Assembly: GCA_965206165.1 (NCBI GenBank)
Contig: OZ242194.1
Span: 3,586,719-3,650,718 of the forward strand
DNA length: 64,000 nucleotides
Source of the DNA: Acidimicrobiales bacterium
GTDB lineage: Bacteria > Actinomycetota > Acidimicrobiia > Acidimicrobiales > CATQHL01
Direction of reading: 5' to 3'
In this document: in pieces, positions 1 through 8,810 of the stretch
Layout of the letters: each line of letters opens with the position of its first letter
Position numbering within the stretch: position 1 is the first letter of the stretch
The notes under the pieces: model-generated
The model's input: the letters and a program-made list of their open reading frames with translations, nothing else
The model's database searches: none
What the model was told of the DNA's origin: nothing
Translations under genes and position numbers: made by a program

Positions 1-272
1 AACTCCGCTATGAGAGATCCAAGAACGACCGCGGTTCCAACTCCAAGGAGGAAGCCAAGAACGATCTCCTGGAACGTTATCCACGTATCCTCCCAGTAGG
101 CGATCGGACCCAGGAAGTTGGTGAACACGAACCAGATCGCCTTCCCGATTGCACTCGGCGCCGGGAGGATGAGACGATTGACTATCTCTCGATACGAGAT
201 AAGTTCCCAGATTCCACCGAGCGCCGCCAGGGAGACGACGAATGGAAGCGCTGCTCTGATCCTCCGGATCAC
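1..272 (-). CDS. ABC transporter permease (SsuC/TauC-like), N-terminal part only; gene continues beyond window start
   Basis: Manual minus-strand translation from GTG at 270-272: VIRRIRAALPFVVSLAALGGIWELISYREIVNRLILPAPSAIGKAIWFVFTNFLGPIAYWEDTWITFQEIVLGFLLGVG. It has hydrophobic TM segments. It lies directly downstream of the ATPase gene with a GTGA stop/start overlap at 269-272. Confidence 0.7.
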   Translation of the reverse strand, partial: MIRRIRAALPFVVSLAALGGIWELISYREIVNRLILPAPSAIGKAIWFVFTNFLGPIAYWEDTWITFQEIVLGFLLGVGTAVVLGSLIAE

Positions 273-1081
273 GACCTATCCCCTCTTGCCCGATAATGCT
301 CCTCGAGCAGGACACGCACTTGTCGCACGTATCCGTGCAGAGCATCGGAGGAAAACAGTGAACTCGGGCGTTCCCGCCCCAGAGATATCTCAACGATGCC
401 GGCTATGCGGCCCGGACGAGGAGTCAGGACCACAACGCGATCTGCGATGAAAGCAGCCTCCAGGGGATTGTGCGTCACGAGGATCGCACTCCGATTGGCG
501 CGCACGATGACGCTCCTCAACTCGGAGTCCATGTACTCGCGGGTCATCTCATCCAGAGCACCGAATGGCTCGTCAAGTAGGAGGACCCTTGGTTCGTTGA
601 TAAGCATCCGACTGATGGCAACGCGCTGCTGCATTCCCCCCGACAACTGCCAAGGATAACTCTTCTCAAATCCCTCTAGCCCAACGATTTCGATCAGCTC
701 AAGTGCCCGATCGCGGAACTGATTCTTTGCTCCGCGGACCCGTGTCGGCAGCAAGATGTTGTCAAGCACCGTCAGCCACGGGAAGAGCACGGGACGCTGG
801 AACATCATGCCGATCATCGGGCTTGGCTGAGTGACGTTCTCGCCCTCGATCTCCACAGTGCCCCTCGTCGGTGGGATCAGGCCCCCGAGAATGCGCAGCA
901 AGGTACTTTTCCCGCAGCCGCTCGGGCCGAGCAAGGCAACCACTTCGCCTTGCTCCACCGAGAGGCTGACATCGTCGAGCACGAGGATCTCGCTCTCGGT
1001 TCCGGCTTGAAAGACCTTCGTCACATGATCGACACGAACCGATGAAAGAGTTCCAGGCGATGCACTTTCGGAGACTGTCAA
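269..1081 (-). CDS. ABC transporter ATP-binding protein (nitrate/sulfonate/taurine NitT/TauT type)
   Basis: 270-aa ORF with Walker A GPSGCGKST, ABC signature LSGGMQQR and Walker B LLLDEPFGALD. Confidence 0.9.
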   Translation of the reverse strand: MTVSESASPGTLSSVRVDHVTKVFQAGTESEILVLDDVSLSVEQGEVVALLGPSGCGKSTLLRILGGLIPPTRGTVEIEGENVTQPSPMIGMMFQRPVLFPWLTVLDNILLPTRVRGAKNQFRDRALELIEIVGLEGFEKSYPWQLSGGMQQRVAISRMLINEPRVLLLDEPFGALDEMTREYMDSELRSVIVRANRSAILVTHNPLEAAFIADRVVVLTPRPGRIAGIVEISLGRERPSSLFSSDALHGYVRQVRVLLEEHYRARGDRS

Positions 1082-1321
1082 GGCCTGTCCTTCCCGCGGA
1101 TTACAGCACGCGTCAGACTCTGCTTAGAGATCGACAATACAGCAAAACGCCAGTCGAGTGCAGGTCACGACGCCAAGAGCTGCGATCAGGTGGCTGCGCT
1201 TTCAGCCAAGTGGGCACCCTGCTGCAAAACGGGGTCGGGAGTTGGATCCCGAAGATCCAACTCCCGACCCGATACGGGACTCGCAGCTAACTGTCTGTGT
1301 CAGCTGTTGGCGTGGCGGATC

Positions 1322-2530
1322 TCACGGAGTGGCCGCTCGGGCCGCTTGACGGAACGGCTCGGGATCGAAGTCGTTGCCGGCATCGATGAAGTCGTTCGTG
1401 TACAGGATTGCGGGATCGAGGTCGGCGGTCAGCTCACCGCGAGCTGCCAGGAAGTCCACATAGCCCTGCCAGGACCTCGGCCGGTTCCAACCCCAGCGAT
1501 CACCGCCGTCCTCGTACTTCGTCGTTATTTCGACCATCGCCTTGATTGCTGCGATATCGAACCCGGTCGGATCAGTAATCTGGTCCGGGAACGCCTGGCG
1601 GATGATATCCAGCGCCGCCTCGGGGCTTTCATGCGTAAATTCGGATGCCTTGGCAACGCCGCGATTGATGCACCGGATGAGGTCAGGATTGCTCTCAATG
1701 GTGCTGGTCTGCGCGATCGTCGTTGCACCGTGAAGCAGGTCGAACTCACCAAGATCGAAGTGGTTCAGGTCCATCACCGTCTCCAGTTCGAGAATGCTGA
1801 AGAAATCGGAGAAGTACCCGTCGATCCGCCCCTCGTCGAGGGCGATTGACGTCGTGACGCCACCGCCTGACTCGATGATGTCCACGTCCGTCTCCGGATC
1901 GATGCCGTTGGACGCGAGGTACGCATGGAGGAAGGGCACCTCACCCGCTGTTGCCTCCGACACGCCGATTGTCTTACCCCTGAAGTCCTCAACGACGGTG
2001 AGGGGGGAATCCACTGGGGTGACGAAGCCGTACACCAGATGCGTCGAGTACGTGTAGACCGTCTGGATTTCGTGACCCTGTGCCACCGCATCGATGATTG
2101 GGCCCGGGTCGGACATTCCAAGCTCGACGTTTCCAGCGACGACCTGCTGCACCACCGCAGCGCTGCCGCCCGTAACCTCGATCGAGACATCCAGACCTTC
2201 CTCTTCGAAATAGCCGTTCAAATCGGCGATATATGTGCCGAAGAACAGCGAAGCGAACTCAAAGGGCATGAGGAAGCTGACCTTCTGAAGTTCGCCGTCC
2301 CTTGCACAGGTTCCGGGTGGGAACGAGTCGTCGGGGGCCGCCGTCGGTGCCGCTGTGGTCGGCGCCGCTGTGGTCGGCGCCGCTGTGGTCGCGGGAGCCT
2401 GGGTTGTCGGCGCAGCGGTGGTCGGAGGAGCCGCATCCGCCGGCTCATCGCTGTCCCCGCACGCAGCGCCAATCAATACGAGCGATGCAAGAACCGCGCC
2501 CGTGACGATGAGATGCCTTCGCCCTGCCAT
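1322..2530 (-). CDS. ABC substrate-binding lipoprotein (NMT1/THI5/SsuA-like)
   Basis: 402-aa ORF. N-terminal signal ends in LIGAAC (lipobox-like Cys). It is followed by a Pro/Thr/Ala linker (APTTAAPTTAAPTTAAP) and a periplasmic-binding-protein-like body. Same strand as the ATPase and permease genes. Confidence 0.8.
   Translation of the reverse strand: MAGRRHLIVTGAVLASLVLIGAACGDSDEPADAAPPTTAAPTTQAPATTAAPTTAAPTTAAPTAAPDDSFPPGTCARDGELQKVSFLMPFEFASLFFGTYIADLNGYFEEEGLDVSIEVTGGSAAVVQQVVAGNVELGMSDPGPIIDAVAQGHEIQTVYTYSTHLVYGFVTPVDSPLTVVEDFRGKTIGVSEATAGEVPFLHAYLASNGIDPETDVDIIESGGGVTTSIALDEGRIDGYFSDFFSILELETVMDLNHFDLGEFDLLHGATTIAQTSTIESNPDLIRCINRGVAKASEFTHESPEAALDIIRQAFPDQITDPTGFDIAAIKAMVEITTKYEDGGDRWGWNRPRSWQGYVDFLAARGELTADLDPAILYTNDFIDAGNDFDPEPFRQAARAATP
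2346..2390. repeat. 15-bp tandem repeat x3 (GG[T/C]GCCGCTGTGGTC) inside the binding-protein gene
   Basis: Read directly: units at 2346-2360, 2361-2375 and 2376-2390. They encode the repeated TTAAP linker on the minus strand. Confidence 0.9.
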
Positions 2531-2591
2531 GGGATCCCCCTCATGCTGAGTAACGAACTCAACCGGAAGCTACTGTCCGGTTAGTCAGTAA

Positions 2592-2621
2592 ACCCTACGC
2601 AATGTCGCACCTCCCTGTCAA
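2592..2621 (-). promoter_or_regulatory. Candidate sigma-A-type promoter for the binding-protein/ABC genes, followed by a 5'UTR hairpin
   Basis: Minus strand reads TTGACA (2616-2621), an 18-nt spacer, then TAGGGT (2592-2597; fits TANNNT). Downstream is the hairpin AACCGGA-N8-TCCGGTT (2561-2582), then GAGGGGGA before the ATG at 2530. Confidence 0.35.
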
Positions 2622-2681
2622 CAAGGCGCTGCCGGGCGGCTTCGCTAGCGGAGTTGTTGGCCGATTCTGCTGATTCCGGCG

Positions 2682-3683
2682 CTACTGGCCACCGAACTCG
2701 GCGACGGTCACCGCCTCGCCGCGTTCGACGGACGCCATGGCGGCCTCGAGCACGGCGATGACGGCCAGGCCCACCTCGCCGTCGGTCTCGACGGAGCCCG
2801 CACCCCTGATGGCGCCGGCGAACTCGGCGACCTGCTCCGCCAGGGGGTCGGTGACTTCGAGGGGCACTTCGCTGGGATGCATCTCGCCCCGCTCCTGAAC
2901 GAACAGGCGGGTCCCCTCGTTCCGGCTGGATGCGGAGGCCGCCGAACCGAGGACGGAGAGTTCTTCGGTGAACGGGTTGTAGTGGGAGGTCACCAACGTC
3001 CCCACGGCTCCGGACTCGAACTCCACCAACAGCCCCGTGGCGTGGTCGAGCGGCTCGCCCGGCAGAACCTCGTTGCTGAAGGCGCTGACCCGCCGGATGG
3101 GCCCGACGAGGTAGTGAAACGAGTCGATCATGTGGACACCGAGCCCGGTCATGCCCCCCAGCGGGCTCTCACCGGGTGACGACCGCCAGTTCGGCGGGAA
3201 ACCGCGCCCGACCGTGAAGATCGCAGTGGCCACCAGCGGCTCTCCGAGGCTCCCGTCGTCGACCAGCGAACGGATCCGGCGGATGGCGGCCAGCCGGCGT
3301 CGCTGGTGCCCGACCATCAGGACCGTTCCCGCATCGGCCGCGGCGGCCACGGCACGCCGGCCATCGGTCACGTTCAACGTGAAGGGCTTGTCGACCAGGA
3401 CGTTCGTTCCCGCCGCCGCGGCCTCGCAGATCTGGTCGGCGTGGGTGCTGTGCGGCGTGGCGAGTATCACCCCGTCGATGTCGTCCGCCATCACCAACTC
3501 GGCGAAGGAACCGGCCGCCCGGCAGCCCCGCTCGGCTGCGAAGGATTCCCGGCCAGATGGGGTGCGGGCATAGCAGGCCACGACCTCCGCAGCGCCGGAG
3601 CGGGCCGCAGCGTCGGCGAGTTCGCCGCCCCACCAGCCCAGACCGACGACCCCGAGGCGCACCGGATCGAACCGTTCACTCAT
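2682..3683 (-). CDS. Gfo/Idh/MocA family NAD(P)-dependent oxidoreductase
   Basis: 333-aa ORF. N-terminal Rossmann motif RLGVVGLGWWG, plus ATPHSTHAD and VLVDKP (EKP-like motif). ATGA overlap with the upstream M24 gene at 3680-3683. Confidence 0.85.
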   Translation of the reverse strand: MSERFDPVRLGVVGLGWWGGELADAAARSGAAEVVACYARTPSGRESFAAERGCRAAGSFAELVMADDIDGVILATPHSTHADQICEAAAAGTNVLVDKPFTLNVTDGRRAVAAAADAGTVLMVGHQRRRLAAIRRIRSLVDDGSLGEPLVATAIFTVGRGFPPNWRSSPGESPLGGMTGLGVHMIDSFHYLVGPIRRVSAFSNEVLPGEPLDHATGLLVEFESGAVGTLVTSHYNPFTEELSVLGSAASASSRNEGTRLFVQERGEMHPSEVPLEVTDPLAEQVAEFAGAIRGAGSVETDGEVGLAVIAVLEAAMASVERGEAVTVAEFGGQ

Positions 3684-4924
3684 AGCAGCAGCCTTTCCTC
3701 GTACTCGACCCGGGACAGCACCACCGGCTCACCCTCGGTCACCAGGACCATGTCCTCGATGCGCACGCCGCCGCCGCCGGGCACACCCGGTACCCACACG
3801 AGCGGCTCGACAGCGAACACCATGCCGGGGAGGAACTCGTGGGTGGTGGCGCCGGGCATGTTCTCGCCGATGTAGGGAGGCTCGTTGGCCCCCACCCCGA
3901 TGCCGTGGCCGATGAAGAGGCTGAAGAGGTGATCGGCGAGTCCGTGCTCGCCGATCACCGAGACGATGGCGTCGCTGGCGTCGGCAGTGGTGAACCCGGG
4001 ACGCATCTTGGCGATCCCGGCCATCAGCCCCGCATAGACGGCGGTGTAGATCTCCTTCTGGCGACGGTTGGGGCGGCCGATGATGGTGGTGCGGCCGATG
4101 TCGGCGAAGTACCCGTTCCACATGGCGCCGATGTCGATGAAGCACAGGTCGCTGTTGCGCATCAGCTTGTCGGTGGCGAGGCGGTGCGGCGGCGACATGT
4201 GCTCGCCCGACGCCACGAACGGCGTGATCACATGGGCCATCTCGCCGCCGAGATGGAAGAGCGTCTGCATGGCGTCACCGGCGACCTCCAACTCACGGCG
4301 GCCGGCGCGAGTCCCGTCGAGTGCCCTCTGCGTGACGGCGTCGCCGATCGCGCACGCCTCGGCAATGATGGCAATCTCCACGTCGCTCTTGATGAGCCTT
4401 GCCCGCTGCATCGGTGTGTCGGCGTCGAGGAGCTCCAGGTCCGGCAGGTGGGTGCGCATGGAGTCGATGAACGAGATGTTGGCGGCGTCCACCCCGAGCC
4501 GCCCGCTGTCGAGCCCTCGCTCGGTCAGGATTGGCCGCAGAATGTCGCGCACGAAGCCGTCGACGAGCTCGGCCTGCTCCATGATCGGGATGGCATGGGC
4601 CTCGGCGATCCACGGCATGCCCGCCCGCGCCTTGTCGATCTCCCCTCCCGAGCAAAGCAGCACGGGGTCCCCGTCCGGCGTCAGGAGTGCCCCGTTCAGC
4701 GCCATCGTCTTGCCGGCGATCAGTTGCGCCCGCAGCGAGGTGAGGTACCGGACGTTCTCGTCCTTCCACACCATCAGGGCGTCCATGTTGCTCGCCGCCA
4801 ACTCGCGCTGGGCTGCGACGACTCGTTCCCGCCGCAGACGCGCCATGTCGTAGCGCTCCTCCCAGTCCACCGCGAACGGGCCCTTGGCGTAGCCCGACCG
4901 CAGAGCCGGCGAATCGCCCATCAC
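3680..4924 (-). CDS. M24 family metallohydrolase (creatinase / Xaa-Pro peptidase / ectoine-hydrolase-like)
   Basis: 414-aa ORF with pita-bread-fold motifs: DIGAMWNGYFADIGRT, GHGIGVGANEPP, FAVEP and VRIEDMVLVT. Confidence 0.8.
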   Translation of the reverse strand: MMGDSPALRSGYAKGPFAVDWEERYDMARLRRERVVAAQRELAASNMDALMVWKDENVRYLTSLRAQLIAGKTMALNGALLTPDGDPVLLCSGGEIDKARAGMPWIAEAHAIPIMEQAELVDGFVRDILRPILTERGLDSGRLGVDAANISFIDSMRTHLPDLELLDADTPMQRARLIKSDVEIAIIAEACAIGDAVTQRALDGTRAGRRELEVAGDAMQTLFHLGGEMAHVITPFVASGEHMSPPHRLATDKLMRNSDLCFIDIGAMWNGYFADIGRTTIIGRPNRRQKEIYTAVYAGLMAGIAKMRPGFTTADASDAIVSVIGEHGLADHLFSLFIGHGIGVGANEPPYIGENMPGATTHEFLPGMVFAVEPLVWVPGVPGGGGVRIEDMVLVTEGEPVVLSRVEYEERLLL

Positions 4925-4997
4925 TGGCCGGACCTCGTTGCGAACAGCACGCTGCGACGTGTACCGCAGGTAGCGGGAAGCCGGCCGGAACCGCCGG

Positions 4998-5876
4998 CTA
5001 TCGCGAGGCCTCGGCGAAGTGCGACCCCGCCAACTCCGCCTGGAGCTTGTACAGGCCGAATGGGGGCGGGTCGGGCATCGGTATCACCACCGGGCACGCC
5101 TCCATGCGTGCGTGGGTGGAGGGGCTGCCACGCAGGATCCGCTCGTCCCACTCCGGCCAGTCGGCCGGCTGGCTACGAGCCATGATCGGCCAGGCGTCCA
5201 CTGCGGCGTAGCCATGCAGCAGCAGCCGCCTCTGTTGGGCGGTGCGATTCGGGCCCGAGCCATGCAGCAGGCGTACGTGGTGCAGCGAGACGTCTCCCGG
5301 CATCACTTCGACCGCCACGACATCGGCGGGGTCAACTACGCCCACCTGCACTGCCCCGATGAAGCGCCCGTTCTGGCTGTGATCGAGCGCGGGACCGGTG
5401 TGCGAGCCCGGGACGACCAGCATGCACCCGCTCGCTTCGGTGGACGGATCGATGGCAATGCCGAGCTCGAGGACGGAATCGTTCGTGTGGGGGTAGTAGC
5501 CCCAGTCGGTGTGCCACTCGGCCAGTGCGGAACCGCCGGAGTGCTTGGCGTTCAGCTTCGTGTGGATCCAGCGGATGTCGGGCCCGACGAGGTCCTCGAC
5601 GATGTCCAGCACATCGGGATGGGCGAGAGCCTTCGCGAACGCCTCGTGATTGGTGTGCGGGCTCTTGAGGCGGCGGATCAGCGGCGGGCCATCCGCCAGA
5701 TGCGCTGCGTCGTCGAGTTCGATGACGTCCGAGTCCGCCTTGAGGTGTAGGGCCTGCTCGGCGAAGAAATCGGCGGCGGCACGCAGCTCCGCCATCTCCG
5801 CGCCCGTCAGCACGTCCTTCACGACCACGTAGCCGTCGCGTTCGTAGGACTCGATCTGGTCTGCAGTCAGGGCCAT
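4998..5876 (-). CDS. Phytanoyl-CoA dioxygenase (PhyH) family Fe(II)/2-oxoglutarate oxygenase
   Basis: ORF 4998-5888. I prefer the ATG at 5876, which is preceded by GGAGG (inside the TTG-start extension). Motifs: QIESYERDGYVVV, WHTDWGYYP (HxD) and LHHVRLLHGSGPN. Confidence 0.8.
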   Translation of the reverse strand: MALTADQIESYERDGYVVVKDVLTGAEMAELRAAADFFAEQALHLKADSDVIELDDAAHLADGPPLIRRLKSPHTNHEAFAKALAHPDVLDIVEDLVGPDIRWIHTKLNAKHSGGSALAEWHTDWGYYPHTNDSVLELGIAIDPSTEASGCMLVVPGSHTGPALDHSQNGRFIGAVQVGVVDPADVVAVEVMPGDVSLHHVRLLHGSGPNRTAQQRRLLLHGYAAVDAWPIMARSQPADWPEWDERILRGSPSTHARMEACPVVIPMPDPPPFGLYKLQAELAGSHFAEASR

Positions 5877-6016
5877 GGACGCCTCCAAGAATGATTTCCC
5901 TCATTATGACCGGCGCAGAGCGGGGTTGGCTGAGGGCCCGGTGAACTCCGCTCGCTCACGGACCGCAGCGCCCTCAGCGTGCGCAGATTACTCCCCCCGA
6001 CGGTATGCGCGACACA

Positions 6017-6637
6017 TCAAGGGCGCACGACGACGAGGACACCGCTCTCGACGCTCACGGTCGCTTCGCTTGCAACGAGGACGTTGCTGACGCCCCGGGT
6101 CGAGCCGGCCGGCAGCGTGTCGCCTGCCAACGGCCAGCGCAGCCCGGTCGTGCGCACCCCGGTTGCGGGGCCGCCGTACGGCAGGAGCGTCACGAGGTCC
6201 CCCGGCCCACCGGTGATTGTCCCCTGCCGGCGCACGACCCAGAGCCGCGCCGTACCCATGAGGGCGTCCACGCGCACGGTGGCGAGGTCGTCGCTCGCCA
6301 GCGCTGCGACGTTGGCCAGGAAGTGGTCGAGTCGCCCGCCTGCACCGCCCACGACAGTGATGCTCCCCGCACCCCTGTCCCGCGCCTCCGCCAGAGCCAA
6401 CTCCAGGTCGGTGGCGTCCTTGTCGGCAGGGAAGCGACGCCGCTCGGCGGCCGCTGCGGCCCCCTCCGGCGTCACCGAGTCGAAGTCCCCGACGATCACA
6501 TCGGGCACCAGACCCAGGCTGCGGGCGATGTCGGCTCCCGAGTCGGCCGCCACCACGAGTTGAGCCGGCAGCAGTTCGGCGAGCAGCGCGGGATCCTGCG
6601 GATCACCGCCCGCCACGACCCAGGCGTGCAGACTCAT
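6017..6637 (-). CDS. Thiamine pyrophosphokinase
   Basis: C-terminal 206 aa of ORF 6017-6865, starting at ATG 6637: MSLHAWVVAGGD...VVAADSGADIARSLGLVPDVIVGDFDS...DKDATDLELAL...GAGGRLDH. The 76-aa upstream extension is Pro/Arg-rich and overlaps the divergent ADH promoter region. Confidence 0.75.
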   Translation of the reverse strand: MSLHAWVVAGGDPQDPALLAELLPAQLVVAADSGADIARSLGLVPDVIVGDFDSVTPEGAAAAAERRRFPADKDATDLELALAEARDRGAGSITVVGGAGGRLDHFLANVAALASDDLATVRVDALMGTARLWVVRRQGTITGGPGDLVTLLPYGGPATGVRTTGLRWPLAGDTLPAGSTRGVSNVLVASEATVSVESGVLVVVRP

Positions 6638-6777
6638 TGCAATCCGCCTGTCGCCGACCTGCCGGCGCCACGCATCGAGCGCGGCCGGCGCGCCCTCTTC
6701 CGAGCGGCTTTCGTACACGCTGTACGATGCGAGCTTTCGAGGGTTCCAGCCACCTTGAGCCACGTTAGGGGTTGACG

Positions 6778-7785
6778 ATGAAAGCCGTACAGGTGACGGC
6801 GCCGGGCCGCTTGGCATACACCGATGTCCCTGAGCCGGCAACGCCGGCGGATGCTCCGGAGGCACTTGTACGGATCGACATGGTGGGGATCTGCGGCACC
6901 GACCTCAAGATCTTCTCCGGTGGGGTGCCCGTCGACTACCCGCGCATCATGGGGCACGAAATGGTCGGCGAGGTGGTCGACGCCGGCGAATCAGGCTTGG
7001 CGGTGGGGCACCGAGTCCTCATCGATCCCGCCATCTCCTGCAGGAGCTGCGCCCTGTGCCGCCAGGGACGCTCGAACCTGTGCCTGCGCGGAGGACTGCT
7101 CGGTCGGGACGCCGACGGGGTGTTCGCCGAGTTCGCCGTGGCCCCGGCCGACCGGCTGCTGAGCATTCCCGACGATGTCCGGGGGCCCGCCGCGGGCCTG
7201 CTGCAAGTCGCGGGAACGTGCGTGCATGCCCAGCGGGCGGCGCCGGTGAGCGTCGGCGATGTCGCCGTCGTCGTCGGGCTGGGTGTGAGTGGTCTCATCT
7301 TCACCCAACTCCTGCGGGCGGCAGGTGCGACCGTGATCGGGATCACACGCTCCGCTTCGAAGCGGGAGCTGGCGACCCGCCTCGGGGCGACGGCAGCGGC
7401 GGCCCCCGAGAACGCTGCAGCGCTGATCGCCGAATTGACCGACGGCATGGGCGCCGACCTGGCCGTCGAAGCTGTCGGTACCGAGGCGACAATCGGCCTT
7501 GCCATCGAGTCCACTCGCATCGGCGGCGAGGTCCTCGTGTTCGGCACCGTCACGGGAGGCGGCACCGGCCTTCCCTACTACCAGATGTACTTCAAGGAAC
7601 TCACGTTGCGAAACCCGAGAGCCGCCATCGCCGACGACTACGCCCGTGCCATCGAACTGGCCGCATCAGGCGTGCTCGATCTCGAACCGATCGTGACCGA
7701 CCAACTCCACCTGTCCGAAGCGCCCCGTGCGTTCGAGCGGGTGCAGGAGTCGGATTCCTTGAAGGTGCTCATGGCTGTCGGCTGA
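6778..7785 (+). CDS. Zn-dependent medium-chain alcohol/polyol dehydrogenase
   Basis: ORF 6772-7785. The ATG at 6778 follows AGGGG. Motifs: GHEMVGEVV (catalytic Zn), CRSCALCRQGRSNLC (structural Zn Cys cluster) and VVGLGVSGL (Rossmann). Confidence 0.85.
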   Translation: MKAVQVTAPGRLAYTDVPEPATPADAPEALVRIDMVGICGTDLKIFSGGVPVDYPRIMGHEMVGEVVDAGESGLAVGHRVLIDPAISCRSCALCRQGRSNLCLRGGLLGRDADGVFAEFAVAPADRLLSIPDDVRGPAAGLLQVAGTCVHAQRAAPVSVGDVAVVVGLGVSGLIFTQLLRAAGATVIGITRSASKRELATRLGATAAAAPENAAALIAELTDGMGADLAVEAVGTEATIGLAIESTRIGGEVLVFGTVTGGGTGLPYYQMYFKELTLRNPRAAIADDYARAIELAASGVLDLEPIVTDQLHLSEAPRAFERVQESDSLKVLMAVG

Positions 7786-7821
7786 TCAAGCCGGACAGAC
7801 CAAAATCCGAGAGGGGCGAAG

Positions 7822-8601
7822 GTGGCCGGTATCCAGATCGATGTCGAGGGGAGCGGGCCGCCGCTGCTCCTCGTGCATTCCCTGCTCACCGATGCGCGCG
7901 CCTTCGATCCGGTGGCGGCACGCTTCGGCGCCCGCTACGGCGTCCACCGGGCCTGGCTACCCGGATTCGGCAACTCCGAGCCGCTCGCAGGCGAATCTCT
8001 GAGCATCTTCGACATCGCCGGTGCGGTGGCCGACGCCATGGCCGAAGCCGGAATTGCCGGCAAGGGCGCCACCGTGCTCGGCAATGGCTTCGGTGCTTTC
8101 GTCTGCGTGGCACTGGCCATCGAGCACGGCCACGAGTTCGGGCCACTGATCGTGGCCAACGGCGGAGCGGCCTTCTCGCCGGAGCGCCGCGCCCCCTTCA
8201 CCGCCATGAGCGACCTCGTGACCCGGTCGGGCATGGACGCAGTGGTCGACACCGCGGTTCGCCGCATCTTCACCGCGGACTATCTGGCCGCGCACCCCGA
8301 GGCTGTCGACGAGCGGGGCCGGGTGCTCCGGGCCGTCCACCCTGGAGCCTTCGCCGCCTCCTGCCGCGCCCTGCGCGACATGGATCTGCGCCCCCACGTG
8401 GGGGCCATCAGGAACCCGACGCTGATCATCGGGGGAGGCTCCGACGTGACCACACCGCCGGAGATGTCCGCGGAGCTGGCCGCGGCGGTTCCCGGCTCCG
8501 AGTTGGTCGTGATCGAGAACTGCGGGCACTGCCCACCGCTGGAGCGCCCCGACGCGTTCGCCGACGCCGTGGAGGACTTTCTCGACCGGACGCTGCCCTA
8601 G
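7822..8601 (+). CDS. Alpha/beta-hydrolase fold protein (enol-lactonase-like) with a non-canonical nucleophile elbow
   Basis: 259-aa ORF with PPLLLVHSLL and a C-terminal ENCGHCPPLERP (His). The nucleophile elbow reads GNGFG instead of GxSxG. Confidence 0.75.
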   Translation: MAGIQIDVEGSGPPLLLVHSLLTDARAFDPVAARFGARYGVHRAWLPGFGNSEPLAGESLSIFDIAGAVADAMAEAGIAGKGATVLGNGFGAFVCVALAIEHGHEFGPLIVANGGAAFSPERRAPFTAMSDLVTRSGMDAVVDTAVRRIFTADYLAAHPEAVDERGRVLRAVHPGAFAASCRALRDMDLRPHVGAIRNPTLIIGGGSDVTTPPEMSAELAAAVPGSELVVIENCGHCPPLERPDAFADAVEDFLDRTLP

Positions 8602-8645
8602 ACCCCTACAGAAACGGCGGCGCGGCGTCGCCCCGGGAGACGGAG

Positions 8646-8719
8646 TGGACCGTACTGGACTTGAACCAGTGACCTCTCGCGTGTGAAGCGAGCGCTCTAC
8701 CAGTCTGAGCTAACGGTCC
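8646..8719 (-). tRNA. tRNA-Val (anticodon CAC)
   Basis: Minus strand folds by hand as a 74-nt cloverleaf: GGACCGT-TA-GCTC-AGACTGGTA-GAGC-G-CTCGC-TTCACAC-GCGAG-AGGTC-ACTGG-TTCAAGT-CCAGT-ACGGTCC-A. Anticodon loop is TT-CAC-AC. CCA is not encoded. Confidence 0.93.
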
Positions 8720-8810
8720 GATGGACTTCGGAGTGTACGCGCGGGGGTCGGCGCCCGGCCACTCGCGGCGGAGGATCGACGGCAGCACCACCGCAGTGGA
8801 GAGGTGCTCC

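Noticed and set aside
2531-2681. TPP (THI-box) riboswitch upstream of the THI5/NMT1-like binding-protein gene; a thiamine pyrophosphokinase gene is nearby.
   Set aside because: Neither strand shows the conserved CUGAGA or ACCUGAUCUGGAUAAUGCCAGCG elements. The leader is only ~60 nt after a plausible promoter.
7056-8672. 538-aa + strand ORF spanning the ADH and hydrolase genes. Similar long ORFs: 18352-19284(-), 18837-19841(-), 19640-20908(-), 21425-22978(-), 22374-23741(-), 32343-33566(+), 35996-37612(+), 39355-40386(-), 45047-46978(+), 55088-56836(-).
   Set aside because: Their translations are Arg/Pro/Gly/Ala-rich low-complexity strings with no motifs. They lie antisense or out of frame to ORFs with clear family signatures. 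This is the usual artefact of stop-codon-poor alternative frames in GC-rich DNA.
8602-8810. tRNA-Val as an integration site for a genomic island.
   Set aside because: I found no second copy of the tRNA 3' segment and no integrase nearby. The flanking genes look like ordinary metabolic genes.
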